From: Octopus sinensis
Lineage: Eukaryota
Assembly (NCBI RefSeq): GCF_006345805.1
Contig: NC_043009.1
Location: forward strand, 19,034,001 to 19,098,000
DNA: 64,000 nt
Direction: 5' to 3'
Shown here: positions 38,240 through 49,370 of the stretch, piece by piece
How the letters are laid out: every line of letters begins with the position of its first letter
How positions within the stretch are numbered: position 1 is the stretch's first letter
Notes under the pieces: generated by a model
Database searches by the model: none
What the model was told of the DNA's origin: nothing
The model's input: only the letters and a program-made list of their open reading frames with translations
Made by a program: the position numbers and the translations under genes

Positions 38240-39810
38240 AAGACGAAGACGGGTGATGTAGAAAAACAGATGTATTAGTATAACGCTCGGGAATAGAAAA
38301 AGTCTTTTACGTTTCGATCCTACGCTCTTCCACAGAAAGGAACGCAGAGAGAAACAAGGAGAGAAAAAAATGTGTGTAGTGGCTACCGATCTATCATGGT
38401 GACTGCCGGACAGAAGGGTCGCACAGGAGAGCGAAGAAATAGGGGAGATAACAAAGTAATAGTGATCCCAAAATGAAGGGGTGCATGTGTGTTACAGAGT
38501 ACGTATGTGCGTGTGAAAGAGGGCTGGTGGTCTTGACGTGTGCGTGTGTGTATGTATAGGTGTGAAAATGTGGGGATAGGCATTGGTCAGTGCTGGTGTG
38601 TGGGTGGTGGTGTGTTGTGATATGACGTGTTGTGATGTGATGTATTGTGTGGTATGGTGTAGTGTGGTGTGGTGTGATGTTGTTGGGAGGTGGGGGAGGC
38701 GAGAATGGCGAAAGCACGGGTGGGATGTGGGTTAGGCTGAGTGTTGGGGTAGGGTTGGGGTATGTGGGTAGGCAGAGGGTGGGGGTAGAGGTTGGGTATG
38801 TGGGAGAGGGTGTAAGAGATGGGATGGGGTGGGATGGGAAGGATAGGGAAGGTGGGTATGAGAGAAGAGAGAAAGAGAGTAAAGGAGAAAGAGAGTAAGA
38901 GAGAAGAGAGAAAGAGAGTAAGGGAGAAGTGAGAAAGAGAGTAGGGGTGAAAAGGAGTAGTAGTGAAGAGAAGTAGGAGGCGGAACAAGAGAGGAGAGGT
39001 GGGTGGGAGGAAGTAGGAGGGAAAGGGAGAGAGGCAAGGGGAGGAGGTTAAATGAAGAAGGGAGGAGAGTTGAGCCCATGTGGCACAAAGGATCGAAGAG
39101 AGAAGATTATTCCATGTTCACGGCGCAAACGGGAGTCCAGATGGAAACTGTGCAAGGATAATCCGAACACGGACAGGTGTTGCAAAGAGTGACCGGTAGA
39201 GCGGAAATACCGTGAGCCCGGGGTGTCATTGCCGAGGCGGATGTCTTGGAGGTGTTCCGCGAACAGGTCAGCCAAGCGGCGTCCCGTTTGTCCGATGTAC
39301 AGAGAATGGCAGAGAAAGCAGGAGATGCAATAGATGATATTGGTAGAAGTGCAGGTGAAGGAGTCGGTGATGGGTGCCGGTGAGGAGGGTGGTGTTGGAG
39401 AGGTAAGGGCAAGTGCGGCAGCTTGGGCGGGAGCAGGGGAACGAGCCAGGTTGGGGGTTGGGTTGGGGAAGAAGCTGTGAACCAAGAGGTCTTGTAGGTT
39501 GTGGGCTCGTTTGAAGGAGAGGAGGGGTCGGTTAGGGAAGACGTGTGAAGTGGACGGGTCGGACTGGAGGTGCCGGAAAGCTCGGAGAATGGTGCGTTGA
39601 AGAGGTAGGGTGGTGGGGTGGTAGGTGAGGGGAAAAGGGAGGCGGGAGACTGCAGGGCGGGTTCGTGGGGAGAGAGTAGATGCACGGTTCATGGAACGTG
39701 CTCTGGCAAGGACTAGAAGACCTAAAGCGTGGCTGGTAACACTAAGGGCTATGGACAGATTATAGCTAAACTCTTGGTTCGATAGTGATACGAGTGTGGG
39801 GTCTAATGTG
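38240..39810 (-). mobile_element. Penelope-like element 3' part: RT thumb linker, Cys linker, GIY-YIG endonuclease, CT-rich 3' UTR/pLTR
   Basis: RLPFPLTYHP...RAHNLQDLLVHS; PCSRPSCRTC (frameshifted); TNIIYCISCFLCHSLYIGQTGRRL...EH; PHGLN. Confidence 0.9.
38304..38339 (-). ncRNA. Minimal hammerhead-like motif with an A6U core variant
   Basis: CUUU-CUGUGGA-A-GAGC-GUAG-GAUC-GAA-ACGU-A-AAAG; same strand as the PLE ORF; related copy at 54580-54615. Confidence 0.45.
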
Positions 39811-39859
39811 GGTCTTGTATTAGCATATGTATATATATATATATATATATTAGACAAAA

Positions 39860-40460
39860 TGAAATAACATAGCCAAGGCTGCGAGGAGTTTTCAGGTCAT
39901 TTATAAGGAAAAATATATAGATATAGACTCACAGCTGTTTCTATGATATTATGAATATCCCTTCATCAGAGACGATGGGAGATGGTTAAACACAGGTAGA
40001 TATTTAAGTTCAAAATAAGGAATTATTATGGAAAAGGAGGAGATAAGGAATACAGAGAGAAATACAAGAATGAAAGTATCAAGCTATTCGAGGAAAGTGG
40101 TGTATAGAAGTGGTAAAAAGGTTTCCTGTACATAGTATGTAAGTTCCAGTAGTAGTTCATGTTTAGTCATTTCAAAGTATGGAGCCATGAATTCTGTGTT
40201 GCTCATTCGATGGTGTTTTGTGGTGTGAATGAACATTTGAGAATATATTGGTAGTATTTGTGGATAGATGGTGGGGAGATGTGTATGATACATTTAAATG
40301 TTACCACAAATCTAAATGCAACCTAAATAACCACACAGCATATATCCACAACACCCCTTAGGTAATCTACAACAACCCTACTTAACTTTCCTTATCTCCA
40401 TTCTAATTTTTAATCTTTAGTTTTTTAGCTCCCCCAATTACTTTAAGGATCTCAGTCATT
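39860..40460 (-). mobile_element. Probable PLE remnant (degenerate RT piece and hammerhead-like relic)
   Basis: DITNIFSNV / LLLELTYYV resemble PLE RT motifs; CTGATGA...GAAACAGCTGT at 39930-39969. Confidence 0.4.
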
Positions 40461-40885
40461 TAATACTACATATATGGACATGCAGGCGGATACATGTGTG
40501 TGTGTAAATGTGTGTACATGTATATTTATGTATGTATGAATATGTAAGCGGATATATGTATATGTATATATATATATGTATATATATAATAATAAGAGTA
40601 AATAATTTCTATAAAGGTTTTTAAAAAAACCACAATTATTTACTGGTAGAATTCGGTATGTAAATATAGCCGATTACCGGCAGGAACTTCTGTAAAGTTC
40701 AGTATATATATTGTATATAAGAAAAAGGGACAGGCAACAGGTTGCTTGACCGCATACCGAAAAAATAGAAATAGCAGTCAAGAATGCTTATTTCTATCAA
40801 AGTGGGACTCCGGGCACGACAAACCCTGTAATTCGCATATGCAAAACAGAAGGAATAGATATCGAAGACGAAGTCTGGTGGTTAT

Positions 40886-40998
40886 CTGTGAACATCATGT
40901 TTCTGGATTATAAACATATTGAATATATATTTCATATATATTTTTGATATATATTTCATATACATTGCATATATATTTCACATCCTTCTTCAGCACAG
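40886..40998 (-). ncRNA. Type I hammerhead with a minisatellite-expanded stem II loop
   Basis: CUGUG-CUGAAGA-A-GGAU-(73-nt AU-rich loop)-AUCC-A-GAA-ACA-UGA-UGU-U-CACAG: 5-bp stem I, 4-bp stem II, GUU site. Confidence 0.55.
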
Positions 40999-41083
40999 CT
41001 TTCCATTGAAATAGATTTATCATAGATTTATCAAATGGAGGGAAGATTTACGAATTCAAACGTCTATGTATGTTTAGCTTTTG

Positions 41084-41142
<59 letters not shown>

Positions 41143-41146
<4 letters not shown>

Positions 41147-41360
41147 ATACTAAGTAATTAAGGGTTTAGCAACGATTTGCCTCACCACACACCGAATTTA
41201 GAAATAGCAGTCAAATAGTTATGGCTATTCTTTCTACTTAAAAGAGAGATCTCAGTAAAACCACAGCACTTAAAAGGCAAACAACTATTTGACTGCTATT
41301 TCTAAATTCGGTGTGTGGTGAGGCAAATCGTTGCTAAACCCTTAATTACTTAGTATTACT
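41143..41360. repeat. 78-bp perfect inverted repeat with 62-nt spacer at a (TA)n junction
   Basis: 41143-41220 is the exact reverse complement of 41283-41360. Confidence 0.92.
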
Positions 41361-41577
41361 TAAACCTTCCTCGAATGGGGCTTTTACATGCTGAAATCTA
41401 CTTGGTGAAATTAATGATTACTCCAAATTAATTGATTTCACCCTATATTATTATTGATATATATGTCTATGTGTGTGTGGCTGTGTGTATGTGTATATGT
41501 ATGCGCACGCATATGCGTATATGAATACATTTACGGATGCGCGTGGGCTTACATGTATATATATATATATATATATA

Positions 41578-41932
41578 TGTAGGTCCCGGGTTGAGTCGGG
41601 GTTAACCACAGTAAATAAGGTACTCAATACATAGCAGAGTAAATTAATTTATTATATAGAAGGAGCTTCTACAGGACTAGAACTGTTTCATTCAAAAGAA
41701 ATCATCAGGAAGCTAGTAGACAAGAGTTGTTTTGGCATTTATACATTTAGGCAGGTTTAAAAGGGTGGTGGTGGGGGACTTTTTTGGGGGTAGGCATGGC
41801 GCAAAACTGTCATTATTAGGGGAGTGGTCAAAGGAATCGGTGGTAAAGTAGATAAAAGAGTAAATAAAAGAATAAAAGAATAAATAGAAAAATAGAGTTT
41901 TAGGTAAGTAAGGAGACTCTCACTTGTACATC

Positions 41933-41935
<3 letters not shown>
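41578..41935 (-). mobile_element. Solo PLE-pLTR-like insertion in (TA)n
   Basis: ~360 bp flanked by TA repeats; contains a well-formed hammerhead. Confidence 0.55.
41664..41714 (-). ncRNA. Well-formed 51-nt type I hammerhead ribozyme
   Basis: AGCUUC-CUGAUGA-U-UUC-UUUU-GAA-U-GAA-ACAG-UUCUAGUC-CUGU-A-GAAGCU: 6-bp stem I, 4-bp stem III, GUA site. Confidence 0.75.
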
Positions 41936-41969
<34 letters not shown>

Positions 41970-43037
41970 CCACATATTCACATACATCTATATATATATA
42001 CATACATACCCACATATACATACATATATATACACATACATACATATACATATATATATACATACATATACATACACATACCCATGTACACACACACAAA
42101 TACACATATACATACATATATATACACACATGTATACACACTCGCACATATATATACATACACACATATACACATGCATATACATGCACACACATACACA
42201 CACATTTTTATTCCCTTATTTTAATTTTATTATTACTACTTTTGTTTATATCTTTATTTTTATCTTGATCGCGGTCAGCCGGTCTCAAGGGATGATCTAA
42301 AGAGTCCATTTATCTATCTACTCACTGATACGAACGCAAACACTCACTCACGCCCACACACTCACACGTACATTCATACCCATACACACACGCACGTGTA
42401 CTATTCATACACACATACATCTACATACATTCACGTATATTCACATACGTACACGTACCTACTGATTCATATCTACACGCATACGCATACATACCTCAAT
42501 ACACCCACAGAAGACTAGTCCATACATATACACTAATAAATATATATACACATATACACATACACATACATACACATACATACATATACATACACATATA
42601 CATATATATACATATACATATACATATACATACACATATACATTTATACATATATACACATACACACATATATATATATATGCGTACACATACACACACA
42701 CACACGCGCGCATCTATATATACACATAAGTACATACATGCATAAATGTATACATATGTCTATACATATGCATACACATCCACACACACACGCGCCTCCT
42801 TATGTTCATAAATACATACATGCATACAGGCATATACATATATACATACATGCACACTCAAATAATAATAATAAATATATATACGTGCAGTTACCCATTA
42901 TACAGACGGATACATACATCTAAACCTACCCATATATACCTATTTACACATATGTATATATACATACATACATACACACATAACTTTACATACCTACATA
43001 TACATAAACACACAAGCGTACACATATATATACATAT

Positions 43038-43100
<63 letters not shown>

Positions 43101-43197
43101 TATACATACATACATATATACAGATACATACACACACATATATATACATTTACACGCACATTTTTACACATATATATACACATACACATACATACAC

Positions 43198-43252
<55 letters not shown>

Positions 43253-43535
43253 AGCACATACATGCATAAATGTATACATATGTTTATACAAATGCATACA
43301 CATATACACACTCACGCGCCTCCTTATATACATAAATACATACATGCATACAAACGCATACTCATGTAATAAATAATGAATAATAAATAATAGATATATA
43401 TACACATGCAGTTACCCTTTATACAGACGGAAACATTCATATAAACATACACGTATATACCTAATTACACATATGTATATATACATACATACATGCACAT
43501 ACACATAACTCTACATACTTACATATACATATACT

Positions 43536-43577
<42 letters not shown>

Positions 43578-43700
43578 TGTATGTACATGTATATATATAT
43601 ATATGTGTGTGTGCGTGTGTGTTTGTGTGTGTATGTATGTATGTATGCATATGTACACATGTATACGTACATGTGCGCGAGTATACGTATGTCATTATAC
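41930..43700. repeat. Compound TA/CA/TACA microsatellite field with a diverged ~525-bp tandem duplication
   Basis: CATGCATAAATGTATACATATG...CACGCGCCTCCTTAT...GCAGTTACCC..TACAGACGGA occurs at ~42736 and ~43261. Confidence 0.85.
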
Positions 43701-44151
43701 TTTCCTTCCTCCTCTCTGATTCCTGTCTTCACACTAACAATCACATACGTCTATTTATAAAAATTTGACACCCTTGTATTCTTCCCTCCAATTTTACTAC
43801 TAAAACTACTACTCATTTTGGTATCACCCCACCCATACCTTTTCTCTACCCATCCCTTAATGCAGCCCTATCATATCACCCCTACTCACATATCTCACAC
43901 TTATTCAGTCCTTACCTTCTCATCTCTTCCTATCCCTCTCCCATTCCTCTCCCATCCTCCCTTTACATTATCTTGACCACCAACTCCTTTTCTCGCTTCT
44001 TTCTCCCTTTCTTCACTTTTTTCACACTTTACACTTCTTTCTCTTTCTTCTTTTTTCTCTTTTTTCTCTCTTTCTTCCTCTCATATTCTCTTCTTGTTCT
44101 CATTTCCACGAACACACACACACACACACATATCTGCACAGACATACTCTT

Positions 44152-44305
44152 TTACTCTTTTACTTGTTTCAGTCATTTGACTGTGGCCATGCTGGAGCAC
44201 TGCCTTTAGTCGAGCAAATCGACCCCAGGACTTAATCTTTGTAAGCTTAGTACTTATTTTATCGGTCTCTTTTGCCGAACAGCTAAGTTACTGGGACATA
44301 AACAA
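44152..44305 (-). mobile_element. SINE family A, 3' part
   Basis: TACTTGTTTCAGTCATTTGACTG...GACCCCAGGAC. Confidence 0.88.
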
Positions 44306-44517
44306 ACCACATAATTTACATTTATTAATTGTGCGTATTAATACATACCCTACAGTCTGAGTTTGCATGCTAGGTTCCTCAGCTTTCGCAGCAAATTGCA
44401 TTGAAAACTCAATTGCGATAAGTTTTGTTTCTGTGTACACATTCATACGCAACTAATTGATAAATTGCACAAGGCATATCATTAAATTTAATGTTAAGAT
44501 ACCATATATAAAGAGTG

Positions 44518-44595
<78 letters not shown>

Positions 44596-44752
44596 TGTAC
44601 TACTACTAAACACGTTTGCTTAGCTAATAGATTAATAAATAATCATAAACTGAAACTTTAACATCATACCGTGATAAATTATTTCTGCAATCAGTTCATG
44701 TTAATTTTATTATCATTTCATCAGTTATATGTAAGTAATATTTACTTACATT

Positions 44753-44950
44753 AAGGCGGCGAGTTGACAGAATCGTTAGCACGCTAGACAAAATTTCGTC
44801 CGTCTTTTTGCTCTGAGCTCAAATTCCGCCGAAGGCGACTTTGCCTTTCATCCGTTCGGGGTCGATAAAATAAGTACCTGCTTTGCACTGGAGTCGATGT
44901 AATCGACTTACTTCCGAAATTGCTGGCCTTATGCCAAAATTTGAAATCTA
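44753..44950 (+). mobile_element. SINE family B variant
   Basis: GGCGGCGAGTTGACAGAATCGTTAG head, shared core and tail. Confidence 0.85.
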
Positions 44951-44959
44951 TAGGAAGGA

Positions 44960-46400
44960 GTTCCAACCATGTTTCGTGGTTCGCTAAACTCAACAACCCC
45001 TTTATAGGACCCAGTGGCTAAGGACATCAACAGGAGGAACCACGTCTGGTTTCGGCCCCTAGTCGTCTACCGTTTTCCGAGGTGGCGCCCCCCCCCACTT
45101 TTGGAGGTGTCTTCAGCTCTGGCATTGAGGACTTTTTTTTTGTTCTTTGGTTGCGTCGTCTTCCATACAGTGTCAACAAATGTCAGCGGGCGAATGACCA
45201 CCCTGCCAAATTTCCCTTTAAATAATAGCCGGTAAGCTCTAGCAGCCAGCGCCAGCTGTCACCGCGTCGATCGACTGTCATGTGACGCAGTCTACTGACC
45301 AATGGAGAGGAAGAGTACGTAGTTTTAGCCCACGCCCTCTCTAGACCTACCTTTTTCCTTTCAATGAAGTCTCAAACCCCCAATGCTAGGTGGTAATACT
45401 CGACAGTCCACTCCTGTTCCCCGCACTCTTCGATTAATTTCTCATACCTTCTCTCCTTCCGTTGCTTCGCATTAGCGATGTTCTCGTCCCACAGCTCTAT
45501 CAGTTCTAGCAAAATTCAAATTTCTCAGTCTGTATTCCATAGGAATGTTGTTAGGTTGTTGTTATGAGTAGACATTAATAATCTTTCCAAATTCGCGGCC
45601 AGTACCTCCCAGTACCTCTTCCATCTTTCGTCTGTCTCGTATACTTTTTTGAAGGCCTGGTCTTATGTATTTTCCCCTCCTTCCGCATGTTTCCACTTTT
45701 AGGTACTCACCCCTATTATATCCCTCGATCTTCTCCTTGAGTGTTGAGCATACGACACCGAGGACTTGGTTGTGACTCCATGTGTCTCTGTTTAGTGCTA
45801 GCCTGCAGTTTGACAGAACATGCCTTACCGTCACTTTATCTTTGCATCTACATTCATCAGTCGATTGTAGGTTCTACCGGACTAAATTGGTCGGTGAAGG
45901 CAATATATCGAAGGTGGACTTGACCAGGAAGGATGTTCTTTCTTGTTCCCAAGTCCAAAGTTCCTCCCATCTCAAGCACTGTCCCTCTTGACTACATTAC
46001 ATCAAATGTACATTTCGCCTTTCTTTTTCCTCCTTCCTCACTTCGTGTATCTCTGCCTCTTTCAATTCTTTTACACTATTCATGCACAATGGTTTGAAAT
46101 TTTGCAGCCCTAGACAAGCTCTTGTTTTTTGCATCGCTCCGACTATATCGTCATGTCTTAGCTTTCCGATTGCCCTGTTTACTGCTTCTTCCGCTTTCTG
46201 TTCGTATCTCCGGAGGGCTTTCTCGGATGTTCTGATCTTTCGAATACCTTAGCATCATTACTTTCCTGCAAGATAGTCTTCGACGATTGATGCAATCGGT
46301 AGTTGCAGCACGGGTTTTCCATATAGTGCAGTTGTATTCAGCGGTTTTGGAAAACTAAGCCATTTTCTGATAAACACACTGCATCTTTGTTCTAACCTTT
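44960..46400 (-). mobile_element. HERO-like (restriction-like endonuclease) non-LTR element, 3' part with deletions
   Basis: IRKWLSFP, QCLRWE, SFLVKSTFDILPSP, CRC..VRHVLSNC..HNQVL; 3' UTR similar to 54765-55100. Confidence 0.75.
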
Positions 46401-47440
46401 CTACTCTACTCGATTATTTATAACTACATATTGTTTGGATTATCGTAAGTTGTACGTTTGCCACATATAATTACCTTCAATTTTTACATACTGAAATATC
46501 ACAACCAACGAAAAGACTCACTAAGGATTGACATTTTTTTTAAATGCCAGGAGCGAAATGCAAGCGTATAAGATCCTTAAGAAGGCACATTTGTGCAGAC
46601 AAAAATAATGTATCTTTAATTTCACAAATTCATAAGTATGACAATTTATGTTAAATTATTGTTTTGGTCTAAAGGTTCAAATTGCTTCTTTATAAAGATG
46701 TTTTTTGGAACTTCACCAATGGACAGTTCCAAATTTGAATGTGAACGAAGTTGTACCTTCAGATGAAGAGGTTCCCCACCCTTCATCAACGTCATCGTTG
46801 AACCTATTATAAATAACTAAATCCTCTTCAAATTATACCATAACATCTAAACACACACACACACATACAGACACACACATTGGATAAATGTCGCTTTAGA
46901 TTCACGATGCCCGAAGAGAAAAGTACAGTATTGTCACTACATACGAGATATATGCAATTCGAGAATACAAAGAGGTTGCAGTACTGAGTGAAACAACTTC
47001 ATTTCACATTCACTTCACCAGAATACCTTCGAATGGGTCTATTCCATCTATCTATCTATCTTCGTTTACCCTGGTCTCCAGTTTGAGAATACTTTCTCCT
47101 ACCAGTTTCGGAAAAACTTTAGAGTCATGGGTACTAATCTTTCATCGTAAGAGTTAAGAAATATCTGTCTTCTTTCCTCTATCTGATTAGCTAACGCCCT
47201 ATATCTATCTGTCTAAACATTTATCTATGTAACTCTATCGGCAGAGTATTAAAGCTTAAACCAACAAGGTAATTATTGACCGTTATATCATTTTGATATC
47301 AAATCATTTTCTTATATCATTCTTTCACATTACTGTAAACCGCCTGTAAGTGTACTGCCACAATGAAAGATAAATTATCCAATTTGTGATTCGCTTTTAA
47401 AATGTCATGTATAAACTGAAAAAAAATATGTATATTTCAG

Positions 47441-47586
47441 CAAATCCTTGAGTTGCTTATCAGGGGGACCGGTAGCAAATGAATATGCAGGTTGTGCATC
47501 TGCTAAAGCAGTACGGAAAGTGATGGAAGAGAAGAATTATCAAATAACCAATCCAAAAGGGACCTGGATATTGAACAAAGAATGCC
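47441..47586 (+). CDS. Exon B3 (146 nt, phase 2 to 1): (T)KSLSCLSGGPVANEYAGCASAKAVRKVMEEKNYQITNPKGTWILNKEC
   Basis: Acceptor atatgtatatttcAG, donor C|GTAAGA; 48 open codons. Confidence 0.8.
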
Positions 47587-48917
47587 GTAAGAATTTTTTC
47601 CTTATCTAAAATAATTATTTCAAGATTTAGAATTTATTATTTGATAAAAAGCTTTTTAAAGTAGATAGTAAGGCCTTCTAGCAAAACGGTCATGGCAATG
47701 TCTCTTTCAATGTAGTCTTCAATATGTTCTTGTAATGTCTTCTCTGTCCTCACTAATGGCATATCTTTTGTCTTCTTCCATGCTGTAGTTACTCATTTCT
47801 TGAATGATTTTCTGCACTATCTTTTATATTGTTCATTCATTCTATTCTTCAATACTCTCTTCGTAATATTTTCTTCAATGTCTTCCATCTGAATTTTACT
47901 TTCCAGCCTCTTCATCACAACGTCACTGTAATCGATGTATTCTTTAATCTATTCGTTAATGTTCATATTTTTGTGTTTTCGTCAGCACTTTCTTTAGTAT
48001 CATCACCAAAGACCCCTTGAAGGTTTTCTTCTATCCCTTATCCAATGCCTCCTTTATTGCTTTTCATTGTCTTCGGTGTCTCTTTTGATATCTTCTCCTA
48101 TGTCTCCAATGTCTTCTACAAGTTTCTTCGGTCTATTATTAACTGGCTTAACCGTTTCCTTCATTGTCTTATCCAACGCCATCTTCAATGACTCTGCTGT
48201 CTTCTATATCTTGTACAATGTTTTACATTATTATCAAGTTCTACTTCACTGTCGTCAATCGTGTATTTTTAATGCTATTTTTATTGTTTTATCAATGTGT
48301 TTTTAATGTTATCCTCACTGTGTTTCCAATGTCTTCTCTGCACTCTTTTTCTTATACTTTCTCATCATATTTATCTTCATCATTGCCAAATAGTATTCGA
48401 TGCCTTCTTTAATATCTTATGTCAGTTTAACATTAGATCCAAGACTTCTTCGATGTTTTGAACAATATCCTCTTCAATGTATACAGCAAAATTTTTTCAG
48501 TGTCCCTTTTTCAATCTCAGAATTATGGTCAATGTGCTTTTCAGTGGAATCTTCATTTTCTTCCTTGATGTTTTCACAATCTGCCTCAATGTCGTGTAAC
48601 GTTTTCTTCAATGCCATTTCACCGTATTCTTCATTGCCTTCGTCACTGCTTTTTTCATTGACTTATCTACTTAATTCACTGCCTTTTTCAATACCATTTT
48701 CAATACTTTGCTCAATGTCTTCCTCAATATCTTTCCACAACCTTCTTGACTGCCTTGTTCAATGTTTCCAATGTTAGCTTTAGTATCATTTTTAAGGATA
48801 TATTTTCAAATATTTTCGTTTTCGTGACAATATTTCTGTAATGCTTGCTTTAATCTCTTATCGTTCCCTCAATTACTTTTACAATATACTCCTCAGTTTT
48901 TCCTTCAATATTTTTTA

Positions 48918-49370
48918 TAAGGCGGGCGAAATGCTTAGCGGTATTTCGTCAATAAATTTTCTATTGTCTCTCCTTGTATTTTTCTATATCTTTTCTAATG
49001 TTCCATTCATTATCTTCGTAAATACTTTTGTCTTTTAATGTCTACATTTTTCAAACAAAATTAAATAAATGACTTAACTCCCTGTAAATGGCAATTTCAG
49101 GAAATCGTATTTATATACGATTTCCTGAAATTGCCATTTACAGGGAGTTAAGTCATTTATTTAATTTTGTTTGAAAATGTAGACATTAAAAGACAAAAGT
49201 ATTTACGAAGATAATGAATGGAACATTAGAAAAGATATAGAAAAATACAAGGAGAGACAATAGAGTTCAAATTCCGCTGAGGTCGACTTTGCCTTTCATT
49301 AAGTACCAGTTGCGTATTAGGGTCGATCTAATCGACTGGACCCCTCCCCTAAAATTTCGGGCCTTGTGAA
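48918..49370 (+). mobile_element. SINE family B split by a 305-bp palindrome
   Basis: Head ...GGGCGAAATGCTTAGCGGTATTTCGTC ends at 48950; GAGTTCAAATTCCG resumes at 49263. Confidence 0.8.
48960..49264. repeat. Near-perfect 305-bp palindrome (4-nt loop, one homopolymer indel)
   Basis: Centre CGTAT-TTAT-ATACG at 49106-49119; the arm also occurs at 50026-50189. Confidence 0.92.

Noticed and set aside
39925-39974. Hammerhead-like CUGAUGA...GAAACAGCUGU on the minus strand
   Set aside because: Cleavage triplet is GUG and stem I does not pair; at most an inactive relic
46710-46830. Protein-like minus frame FNDDVDEGWGTSSSEGTTSFTFKFGTVH
   Set aside because: No consistent splice pair or partner exons found
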